A stretch of 64,000 nucleotides of DNA from NCBI GenBank assembly GCA_012295275.1, contig CM022672.1:34906001-34970000 (forward strand). The letters run 5' to 3'. Numbering within the stretch: the stretch's first letter is position 1; every line of letters begins with the position of its first letter. Position numbers and translations under genes: made by a program. The notes under the pieces are model-generated. The model saw only the letters and a program-made list of their open reading frames with translations, did not search any database and was not told the origin of the DNA. The DNA comes from Chrysomallon squamiferum. Taxonomy: Eukaryota; Animalia; Mollusca. Shown here in pieces: positions 24,055 to 37,231 of this stretch.

Positions 24055-27000
24055 TACACACGCTACACCTTTACTTAGCTTCGTACAACATCCACTCAGA
24101 CGTACAACATCCACTCAGACGTACAACATCCACTCAACACGTAAAGCAACAAACGCTACACCGTTAGTTAGCTTCGTACAACATCCACTGACACGTACAG
24201 TAACACACGCTACACCTTTAGTTAGCTTTGTACAACATCCACTGACACGTACAACATCCACTCAACACGTACAGTAACACACGCTACACCTTTAGTTAGC
24301 ATCGTACAACATCCACTGACACGCAATGTAACACACGCTACACCTTTAGTTAGCTTCGTACAACATCCACTGACACGTACAGTAACACACGCTACACCTT
24401 TAGTTAGCTTTGTACAACATCCACTGACACGTACAACATCCACTCAACACGTACAGTAACACACGCTACACCTTTAGTTAGCATCGTACAACATCCACTG
24501 ACACGTACAACATCCACTGACACGTACAACATCCACTCACACGTACAACATCCACTGACACGTACCACATCCACTCACACGTACCACATCCACTGACACG
24601 TACAACATCCACTGACACGTACCACATCCACTCACACGTACCACATCCACTGACACGTACAACATCCACTCACACGTACCACATCCACTCACACGTACAA
24701 CATCCACTCAACACGTAAAGTAACACACGCTACACCGTTAGTTAGCTTCGTACAACATCCACTCACACGCACAACATCCACTCACACGTACAACATCCAC
24801 TCACACGCACAGTAACACACGCTACACCTTTAGTTAGCTTTGTACAACATCCACTGACACGTACAACATCCACTCAACACGTAAAGTAACACACGCTACA
24901 CCTTTAGTTAGCTTCGTACAACATCCACTGACACGTACCACATCCACTCACACGTACCACATCCACTGACACGTACAACATCCACTCACACGTACAACAT
25001 CCACTCAACACGTAAAGTAACACACGCTACACCGTTAGTTAGCTTCGTACATCATCCAGTCACACGTACAACATCCACTGACACGTATAACATCCACTGA
25101 CACGCACAGTAACACACGTACACCTTTAGTTAGCTTCGTACAACATCCACTCACACGCACAACATCCACTCACACGTACAACATCCACTCACACGCACAG
25201 TAACACACGCTACACCTTTAGTTAGCTTCGTACAACATCCACTGACACGCAATGTAACACACACTACACCTTTAGTTAGCTTCGTACAACATCCACTCAC
25301 ACGCACAGTAACACACACTACACCTTTAGATAGCTTCGTACAACATCCACTCACACGCACAGTAACACACGCTACACTTTTAGATAGCTTCGTACAACAT
25401 CCACTGACACGCACAACATCCACTCACACGTACAACATCCACTCACACGCACAGTAACACACGCTACACTTTTAGATAGCTTCGTACAACATCCACTGAC
25501 ACGCACAGTAACACACGCTACACCATTAGATAGCTTCATACAACATCCAATCACACGTAAAGTAACACACACTACACCTTTAGATAGCTTCGTACAACAT
25601 CCACTGACACGCACAGTAACACACACTACACCTTTAGATAGCTTCGTACAACATCCACTGACAAGCACAGTAACACACGTACACCTTTAGTTAGCTTTGT
25701 ACAACATCCACTGACACGCACAGTAACACACGTACACCTTTAGATAGCTTCGTACATCATCCACTCACACGTACAACATCCACTGACACGTATAACATCC
25801 ACTGACACGTACAGTAACACACGTACACCTTTAGTTAGCTTCGTACAACATCCACTGACACGTACAACATCCACTCACACGTACAGTAACACACGCTACA
25901 CCTTTAGATAGCTTCGTACATCATCCACTCACACGTACAACATCCACTGACACGTATAACATCCACTGACACGTATAACATCCACTGACACGTACAGTAA
26001 CACACGTACACCTTTAGATAGCTTCGTACAACATCCACTGACACGCACAGTAACACACGTACACCTTTAGTTAGCTTCGTACAACATCCACTCACACGTA
26101 AAGTAACACACACTATACCTTTAGATAGCTTCGTACAACATTCACTCACACGCACAACATCCACTGACACGCACAGTAACACACGCTGCACCTTTAGTTA
26201 GCTTTGTACAACATCCACTGACACGTACAACATCCACTCAACACGTAAAGTAACACACGCTACACCTTTAGTTAGCTTCGTACAACATCCACTGACACGT
26301 ACAACATCCACTGACACGTACAACATCCACTCACACGTACAACATCCACTGACACGTACCACATCCACTCACACGTACCACATCCACTGACACGTATATC
26401 ATCCACTCACACGTACAACATCCACTCAACACGTAAAGTAACACACGATACACCGTTAGTTAGCTTCGTACAACATCCACTCACACGCACAACATCCACT
26501 CACACGTACAACATCCACTCACACGCACAGTAACACACGCTACACCTTTAGTTAGCTTTGTACAACATCCACTGACACGTACAACATCCACTCAACACGT
26601 AAAGTAACACACGCTACACCTTTAGTTAGCTTCGTACAACATCCACTGACACGTACAACATCCACTGACACGTACAACATCCATTCACACGTACAACATC
26701 AACTGACACGTACCACATCCACTCACACGTACCACATCCACTGACACGTACAACATCCACTCACACGTACAACATCCACTCAACACGTAAAGTAACACAC
26801 GCTACACCGTTAGTTAGCTTCGTACAACATCCACTCACACGTACAACATCCACTCACACGTACAACATCCACTGACACGTATAACATCCACTGACACGCA
26901 CAGTAACACACGTACACCTTTAGTTAGCTTCGTACAACATCCACTCACACGCACAAGATCCACTCACACGTACAACATCCACTCACACGCACAGTAACAC

Positions 27001-28510
27001 ACGCTACACCGTTAGTTAGCTTCGTACATCATCCACTCACACGTACAACATCCACTGACACGTATAACATCCACTGACACGCACAGTAACACACGTACAT
27101 CTTTAGTTAGCTTCGTACAACATCCACTCACACGCACAGTAACACACGCTACACCTTTAGTTAGCTTCGTAGAACATCCACTGACACGCAATGTAACACA
27201 CACTAGACCTTTAGATAGCTTCGTACAACATCCACTCACACGCACAGTAACACACGCTGCACCTTTAGTTAGCTTCGTACAACATCCACTGACACGCAAT
27301 GTAACACACACTAGACCTTTAGATAGCTTCGTACAACATCCACTCACACACACAGTAACACACGCTGCACCTTTAGATAGCTTCGTACAACATCCGCTGA
27401 CACGCACAGTAACACACACTAGACCTTTAGTTAGCTTCGTACAACATCCACTGACACGCACAGTAACACACGCTACACCTTTAGTTAGCTTTGTACAACA
27501 TCCACTGACACGCAATGTAACACACACTAGACCTTTAGTTAGCTTCGTACAACATCCACTGACACGCACAGTAACACACACTACACCTTTAGTTAGCTTC
27601 GTACAACATCCACTGACACGCACAGTAACACACGCTACACTTTTAGATAGCTTCGTACAACATCCACTGACACGTACAGTAACACACGCTACACCATTAG
27701 ATAGCTTCATACAACATCCACTCACACGTAAAGTAACACACACTACACCTTTAGATAGCTTCGTACAACATCCACTCACACGCACAACATCCACTGACAC
27801 GCACAGTAACACACGCTACACGTTCAGTTAGCTTCGTACAACATCCACTGACACGCACAGTAACACACACTAAACCTTTAGATAGCTTTGTACAACATCC
27901 ACTGACACGCACAACATCCACTGACACGCACAGTAACACACGCTACACCTTTAGTTAGCTTCGTACAACATCCACTGACAAGCACAGTAACACACACTAC
28001 ACCTTTAGATAGCTTTGTACAACATCCACTGACACGCACAGTAACACACGTACACCTTTAGTTAGCTTCGTACAACATCCACTCACACGTAAAGTAACAC
28101 ACACTATACCTTTAGATAGCTTCGTACAACATTCACTCACACGCACAACATCCACTGACACGCACAGTAACACACGCTACACCTTTAGTTAGCTTCGTAC
28201 AACATCCACTGACACGCACAGTAACACACACTATACCTTTAGATAGCTTCGTACAACATTCACTCACACGCACAACATCCACTGACACGCATAGTAACAC
28301 ACGCTACACCTTTAGTTAGCTTCGTACAACATCCACTCACACGCACAACATCCACTCACACGCACAGTAACACGCTACACCTTTAGTTACAACATCCACT
28401 GACACGTACAGTAACACACGTACACCTTTAGTTAGCTTTGTACAACATTCACTCACAGGGACAACATCCACTGACACGCACAGTAACACACGCACAGTAA
28501 CACACGCACA
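24055..28510. repeat. Complex satellite, about 4.5 kb: 54-bp unit with an independently amplified 19-bp subunit
   Basis: 54-mer gtaacacacgctacacctttagttagcttcgtacaacatccactgacacgcaca interspersed with runs of acgtacaacatccactgac. Confidence 0.95.
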
Positions 28511-28866
28511 CTCACTTGCATACATAAACAGACTGAGTTGTGAGAGTTTATGTATGTACACGTGTCTATGCTCTTTGATGTGTTTTATATTCTGATATAA
28601 CAGGATACAATACAGCGGTATTATGACAAGAGAATGTATATAAAAAGTTTTCTGTGTATTGTGACCTAATTTCAGTACGAGTAAAACCTGTTTTACTGGA
28701 TCCAAATATAATCTCAGTGTGTTTAATTTAACTGAATTACATTTCTCTTTTTAAATCATATTATATGAACTTTGTACCAGGATATATGAGATGGTGTTTT
28801 TATCATTGTCTTGTGTCAGCTCGCAGTTTTACTTCCTGGTTTGTTTGTCTACGAAACATTTTCACT

Positions 28867-28978
28867 ATGGCTGGGTGCTGGATAAGTCTTCAGTTTCTAG
28901 TTTGTTTTTTGATTTTGCAGTCAGGACAGATAACAGCTGAATCTAGTAAGTTATAAAACATCTGTATTATTATTTTCA

Positions 28979-29053
<75 letters not shown>

Positions 29054-32000
29054 ATAGTAGTAGTAGTATCAGTGTTGTTCTGATGTTGATACTGGTGGTT
29101 GTGGTGATGGTACATTGTTGAGAGAATTAGACAAATCAAATACCAGGAAGACGTATACCAGTGAATATGAATACACGTGTCAGAACAGCGATATCAATCT
29201 AAACAGCTGGGAATATGTTACTGTTCTTGAAATATAAACAAGTTCAACAACTACAGTAATAATATCATTTCATTAAAGATACTAACAATCAATAACATAA
29301 TGTTTTGAAGCTGAACATATTTTCATTTCTATTTTAATTATCTTTTGTCTTCTTTCATGTAAATCTGTCGTTTATTTTTACAGCGTTAGCAAAAGTATGA
29401 ACAAAGTTTCTATTTATTATTTAGTGTACGAGAAAAGGACCCTGATATACGCGCTTGATGAGTTACTTGACAACTTTAATATACGTTGATAACAAATACT
29501 TACAGAAACAAATACCAGCACAGAATATTTCTAACTAAACTGTAAACTGTTTTGATCTTCACTACAGCAAGTACAAAACATAACGCTAGACATAATTCTT
29601 TCACTGTAATTATACTTTTCTGTATATGAAGCCTTTCCTCATTTAACTCAAGTAAGGACACGATTTTAGTTTAAACGACTGAATGCTGTTAGTAAAATAT
29701 AAAAGAAAATAGTTATACAGTAAATAAATGCTGCAACAAGGCTGTTATTCCTATACAAAATTATATTAACTCTACTGTAGAGATACTGTGATAACTAGAC
29801 AGTAAATATAATAATTATGCACAATTATTATGATTATCACTATGAGGAGTAATAACATATCTTATATAGTATATTTAATACAAGTATTTTGAATACTCAG
29901 GCAATCTATTAGACTAGAGGTACACTGGAAAATACAAAAATTACAATAAATATTAATAATATTACATAGTTACATTTCAGTAGAAACATTCATATTACAG
30001 ACATATGAAAATAAATTATTTTATTAGTTTAATATCAAAACAGTTGTTATGCTGTTGTCACCCAGACCTGTAATTTAAAACTCTTTGTTTAGATTTGCTG
30101 CACTGATTCCTTCCTTCGTCATCCTTTATTTTCTTCGTTAGTTTTTAAATGCAAAACAAACAGAGAGATAAATGAAGGGATATACTTACAAAAGACAAAT
30201 GAGTTATTTGCTTTCTTTATTTATGTTTTAGCTTGTCAGTCAGGTACAACTTATGGTACTAAGTGTGACAAACTGTGTAGAGATCGTCACTGTTTGAATT
30301 CTCAACAAAGCTGTCCTACAGACACTGGATCATGTAGTGGACAATGTCAGACAGGCTGGACTGGAGATGACTGTACAGGTAACTAAACATTTTAGCACTT
30401 TTCTGGAACAAGAACAACAAATATATATATATATATATATCCATAAAATGAAAAAAAAAAAAAAAAAATTAAAAAGAATAAACGGCTTTAAAATGTCTAT
30501 GTAATTCTAATTTGAACTGGCAGCTTTTCTTTCCTTTGGGTGAGTGAGAGAGAAGCGAGATAAAAACACAGAAATGTACAGAGAATTTATGCTAAGATTA
30601 AAATATCGGAACAGATTCAATCGATATTTTATGTTTTTCATTTAATTATTATTCCTTCTGTGTCATGTTTTGGAGCAAATTCTTTCCAAACTTGAGTAAA
30701 ACACATACGACATTTTATTTATAGTTTTATGAAAGTTAATTTACATGTACGTATCAAACTATGTTTTATTATGTCAGAACAGCCAGTCACACTGTGTGTG
30801 TATATGCAGTTTTATATATATAAATATATATTAATTGTGTTTTAAATATATCTGGCTATTTTTGTTGTTATTCTGTACTTGATTTGGTGTGTTGATCAGT
30901 CAGTCAGTTGATGGTTGCTAATCTATATTGTTGACTGATACATTTTACTTTTATTATTTTTATTATATAATCAGTTTAAAAGCTGTGGCATGTTACAAGT
31001 TTGAATCTTTCGTGTCCAGGGTTAAACACAGTAGCTTTTAATCTAAAACTAGATTTAATTTTATGCGACTTGAGAATAATATTCTCTGCAATGTCAAAGT
31101 TAGTTTAAACACTTCTCTTTTTTGTTGTTTTCTATGTTTTCTTAATATTTTTCTTAATGTTTATAAAGATAATATATATTTGTAAAATAAAGTACAGTCG
31201 TGCGATATAAAGACACATTATTTTCTGTTAGTCTTTATTTCTTGTCATTTGTATTAATCTTGTTTAAAAAAGAAATAACTACACTAGTACATTTCTAACT
31301 AAAACCAAATACATTATTTCATTTAATATATTTCTTCGATGCTTTCAGTGTGTCAGTCAGGTACAACTTATGGTACTAACTGTGACAAACTGTGTAGAGA
31401 TCGTCACTGTTTCAATTCTCAACAAAGCTGTCCTACAGACACTGGATCATGTTATGGACAATGTGAGACAGGCTGGACTGGAGATGACTGTACAAGTAAT
31501 CAGACATTTTAGCTGTGACTATCTTTAGATAAGGAATCCAACTCTGTAATGAATAACATCTATTAATAATTTTACTATGATTTGAAATCGTTTTAAAATT
31601 TGGTATCAATATCTATACTTAGAATTAACTGATATTTGAACCATTGTTTTTTTTAATTATTTGTTATGTTCGTCATGTCCTATTATAATATGGACACAAG
31701 TGATTATAAGTAGTTGTGACGATAACAGTAAATATTAATATATTGATATTTAACTTTCAAATAATGTACGAAGTTAAATGACATATTGATAATATTGTTT
31801 AATATTACACATATGGTTAAAGAACAAATATGTATTACATAAACAAGAAACTACGTTATGATTAATCAGCCAGTTTAATATTTAAAAACAAAAATATTAT
31901 TCACATATCTTCTTTACTCTTTCATAAGTAACTGTTTTAAAGAGAGTGTAAATAGTTTTCAGTATGTCAGACTGGTCTGTATGGTTATAACTGTGACAAG

Positions 32001-35000
32001 TCACTGTTTTAAAGAGAGTATACATTTTGTTCAGTATGTCAGACTGGTCTGTATGGTTCTAACTGTGACAAGTGACTGTTTTAAAGAGAGTGTAAATATT
32101 TTTCAATATGTCAGACTGGTTTGTATGGTTCTAACTGTGACAAGTCACTGTTTTAAAGAGAGTGTAAATATGTTTCAGTATGTCAGACTGGTGTGTATGG
32201 TTCTAACTGTGACAAGTCACTGTTTTAAAGAGAGTGTAAATATGTTTCAGTATGTCAGACTGGTGTGTATGGTTCTAACTGTGACAAGTCATGTAACAAA
32301 CGACACTGTGCTGTTTCCTCTCCCTGTGACACACAGACTGGGTCTTGTACTGGAGGATGTCAAGCTGGTTGGAGTGGAACTGATTGTACTCAAGGTGTGT
32401 ACAAAATAGTTTGTTCTTGATCAGGCTTTTCTGAATTATTTATATGTTAGCAGAACAAAATATTTTGATGCAGCCCTATTGTATTGAAGAATTACAAAGA
32501 TTTGTTCTCAGTGTGCCTTTAGAGAACTGTTTATTTATTTATTTATTTATTTATTTATTTTTTTTTTTTTACAGCGTGTATACAAAATCAAAATTATGGA
32601 CCAAATTGTAATAAACGTTGCAGAGATCGCCATTGTGCTGCAACAAATCCGTCCTGTGATGTAAAAACTGGAGACTGTGGTACTAGCAGATGTCAGGCAG
32701 GATGGAAAGGAACTGACTGTACGCAAGGTAATATCATAATTAATTTTGTATCTGTTTATTTAGAAAAAATATGTAGTGATGTAATTAATGAATGGAAATT
32801 GACCAAGAGTTGTATAAAAAGAAAAATATGCCATCTGGTATGAATAATTTATACTAATGTAATAATAATCTTCATATTCAGATGAATTTGTTTAACTCTT
32901 CAGTCAATAATCTTTAATCTGCTCCGTTTTAATATTTTTATCAGAAATTGGGATAACGTGTTATAGTTTTAGTATTGTTATAGTTTTTAAATGGTATAGT
33001 CGGGAGGGATTCGTTACTTTACGCATATCCAAAATAGATATCTTAGGAAAATTGATATTTCAGAAAAATACTACTTTTATTATTGCTATCATATCTGTTA
33101 TATGATGTAAGTATGAAAAATTAATGTCAAATTGTAAATTTTCTATAAAAGCTATAATTTATTATAATAGTGACTTTATGTAAGTATTCATACTGTTTCA
33201 GCATGTACGCAATCTGTAACTTATGGTTATAATTGTAACAAAAGTTGCAAAGATCGTCACTGTGCTTCTCAGTATGTAGCCTGTGATAAAAAGTACGGAG
33301 ACTGTGGTGTTAGTGGATGTCAACAAGACTGGAAAGAAAGAGACTGCAGTCAGGGTATTTTATTATCCATGAATTCATAAACATATTTCAGTCTGGCCTA
33401 ATTATCTATTACTTCTACTAAATGTATTTCAGTCTGGAATAACAGTTATAATAATAGCATTATTACATAAAAAAAAATGAGGCTGACTTTGAAAATAATT
33501 AAAATTTGTATTCTTCTTTAACCGTTTAGCAGAAATGATATTTCATTTGTTACTGAATAACTTGAAACGAACACATTTCTATAGATAAAGAAGTTGAATT
33601 ATTTTTGATCTAATACATTAGTCAATTATTTTTAATTGGACACCAGTTTGTTAATGTAATTATTGATTTTCAGAAAAAACATTGTTATAAATTTAATGAA
33701 ACAAGAACATTTACTTTTGTATATTTCAGAATGTGTTAAAGAAGTGACCTATGGATCTGGTTGTAAGAAGCAGTGTTCTGAACGTCATTGTCTGAACACA
33801 TCAACGTGTGACACAAAGACTGGTCAGTGTATCGGAGGTTGTCAACCAGGATCGTTAGAACCTGACTGTTCTCAAGGTGAAAACTGAAAACTCAAAATTA
33901 TTATTTGTTTGTTTGCTCATTCTGGATATATGTAGTATTTATTCCTAGATAATCATTACTACATATTAACTTATTATTTTTGGTATTTTTCAGCTTGTCA
34001 GTGGGGGTTCTATGGTCCGAAGTGTTCACTAAAGTGTCGAGATCGACACTGTACAGGAGATTAAAGCTGTAATCACACAAATGGAAAATGTAATGATGGT
34101 TGTCAGGCTGGTTGGGCAGGAAGTGATTGTAGAGGTAAATATAAAATAATTAGTTAAAGCTGATATGACTGAAGTATAGGACATGTTAGTACCACAGTAT
34201 GATTTAATGGCTAAACATATTTAATATAACGAAGATATATCATTTCAAGATAGTGACAAAAATTATAACGTTAAATATTGAAACACGAAACAAAAGAAAT
34301 ATCCAAAAAGTTTTACAAATTTTTCCCTGAACTTTTTATTTTTTAAAATTCCAGTGTAAATGACGAAAGAATTATAAAAAACTGTTCATGTCTTTTTCTT
34401 CTTGTTTTTCATTAATTGTAAACATTTAATAATTTAATATTTTAATATTTTATTTATGTAAATTTAAACTGAATTTCAGAATGTAAAGGAGAACTGACTT
34501 ACGGTTCTGGATGTTCAAAGCGATGTTCTGATCGTCACTGTTTGGTTAACTCAACGTGTGATTCAAACACTGGAACATGTGACGGAGGTTGTGAGCCAGG
34601 CTGGAGAAACACAGACTGTTCTCAAAGTAAGAGACACAAACTAAATATTTAGTCAAATGTTTTCTTTCAGTTACGTTCATTTGTAGCTTATATCTAATTT
34701 TTTATTCTATAATTTTATTCTGTCATAGATTAATAACTAATAAATTGTTTCTTATTACAGTTTGTGCACGGGGCACTTACGGATTCAACTGTTCAAAGTC
34801 TTGTACAGACAGACGCTGTGACGGACAGTCAGATTGTAAACACACTGATGGTAAATGTAAAACAGGATGTAAAACTGGATGGAAAGGTGTTGATTGTACA
34901 GGTAAATAGTTATATCAAGACATTTTTGTTCTTCCTTATTTAAGTACTTATTTGCTTATGTTGATTTTATTTTTTATTTATTTATTATTGTAGTTTTGTA

Positions 35001-36158
35001 TTTTTTTGTTTGTTTTCGGTTGTTATTGTTTTCCATGTTGAATAGTTTCATATTTTTTTTGCGAAGCTGCCACAAAACGGTTCACTGATTCTGGAACCAA
35101 ATGAAACAAAAAAGTAGAGGAGACAAGATGCAAATTAAAACTAGAAAATATAAAAACTGATTCCATATTAGTTCGAAGTCAAAGGCATGTGACGTCTAAT
35201 GTATGTAGATTGTGTTTATTAAGAATTATAAGTGTAATGAGAAAAATGGACTTCTCTACTGTTTAGGGTTAAAAATGAGGAAAACAATATTTTTCGTAAA
35301 TAAGGGATTTAAGCGATTGATATACATTAGTTACAAAAGAAATTTTTTCCATAATAATTTTTTCTAAATAAATGTATTATTAAATTAAGAAGAATATAAC
35401 ATTATATGTTTACAAACCCGTTTTAATATGCAGACTGACTGATATATTTCAACACAGATAATGAAACATTAATTTTATTTGGTCTTCTTCTTGTTTTCTA
35501 ATGTTTCAGAATGTGATAAAACATATGGGACAAACTGTAGTTATAACTGCAGTGACAGACACTGCAAAGACGATGACTCATCTTGTGATTCTAAAACTGG
35601 GAAATGTGTTGGAGGATGTAAACCTGGATGGCTGAATGCTGCCTGTACTCAGAGTAAGTCAGAGTATAAAGTTATATTTAAAATCATTTTGCGCGCACAC
35701 AAACAGCATGAATCATAATTATTAACAAGGATATTGTTCTGCAGGTGAGTAGTTAGAATGCAAGATTTAGATATGATCTGTTGAAGAATCTATTGTATCT
35801 GATGCAGAGAATGCATTTGGTCGAGTAAAGATCATAGTATACACTTTCCTGAATTTGCGAAGGTTCCAAAATAAAATTGCTAGTTTCTAAGAATAACAAA
35901 ACAAAGAAAAGCGTCTTCTTTCCTGTTTCATTATCTGTGTGGCTCTCTGACACATGTATGACTTTAATATATTACACTATGTTGAATAAATAAGTTATTC
36001 CTTTGTTTTATTTATTTATTTTGTCACTGTTTTTACTTTTGGAAGAACATACTTAATTAGTTATATATAACTCTAAGGGACAATGGAAATTCAATTAAAA
36101 TTATTCATTGATAAACTCTCATACACTTACTATTACATTTGCAGATTTTTATATTTTC

Positions 36159-36202
<44 letters not shown>

Positions 36203-36362
36203 GTGATGAATATTTCTATGGAGTCGGGTGCAGTTTCTCATGTTCAGAAAGAAAATGTTTTGAAAATCACAACTGTTCTCACGAGACTGGAGAATGTGTT
36301 GATGGATGTTTGGCTGGTTGGGAAGGAATTTCTTGTACCAGTCGTGAGTGTATTCATATTTG

Positions 36363-36403
<41 letters not shown>

Positions 36404-37200
36404 AAATATTAAGAGAACAATAACAGCAGCAGCAGCAACAACAACAACAACAACAATAATAATAATTAAACATATTTCTGAAGAATAATGTAATTATGAC
36501 GTTCATATGCTGATGAATCGGTGAATCTATTCGGTTTTATTATTTTAACAGAGAATGCGTATATTTGTTCCTGAGTTGAAGTATTAGTGGAGAATAGTAT
36601 CTGGAACTGTACTGTATTGTATTGTATTGTATTGTATTGTGTTGTATTGTATATCAGTGGAATGGATGGTCAGTCTGTAACATATTAGATTTGTTATTTT
36701 ATTATAAATGAATTTCAAAATATTAAAGTACGAATCATTAATGCCAGACTGTAAACATTTGTAACAAAAAGTTTTTGTTTATTTTAATATTTTACTTTAT
36801 GTAGAATTCTTCTTACTCCAGCATGTCCACCATCTGTAACTTAGGTTTATACTTGTATCAAATATTGTCAAAATCGTCACAGTCTTTCTCAGTGTACATC
36901 ATGTGACATAAGATAAAATACCGTAGTCTTTGCAAATAATTAGTATGAAAACCTTTTTGACATTTCATAGTTTCTCAAACATTTCAGTGTGTTGTATAGA
37001 AGTTTCTTTAGTGTTTTATTTTAAAATCAACACAGAACACAAATTTTAATATAACTATCACTACAATAATTATAAATAAAAATATATGTGCTAAAACTAT
37101 TGACCGAGATGTTTTTGATGCTTTCAGAATTACTTTTAAACAAAAATTCAAAGTTTTACTTTTACTCTAAAATATTCTTCTTAATTTTTTATTTTTGTTT

Positions 37201-37231
<31 letters not shown>

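Noticed and set aside
27012-27812. 266-aa Cys-rich ORF (RVSGCCTKLSKGVVCVT)n resembling a metallothionein or keratin-associated protein
   Set aside because: It is a translation of the 54-bp satellite; the frame is repeatedly broken by 19-bp units elsewhere and there is no convincing start or splice context.
31981-32409. 142-aa repeat ORF (MVLTVTSHCFKES..)
   Set aside because: Off-frame reading of the 72-bp acceptor repeat and EGF exon c; the conserved Cys pattern is in another frame.
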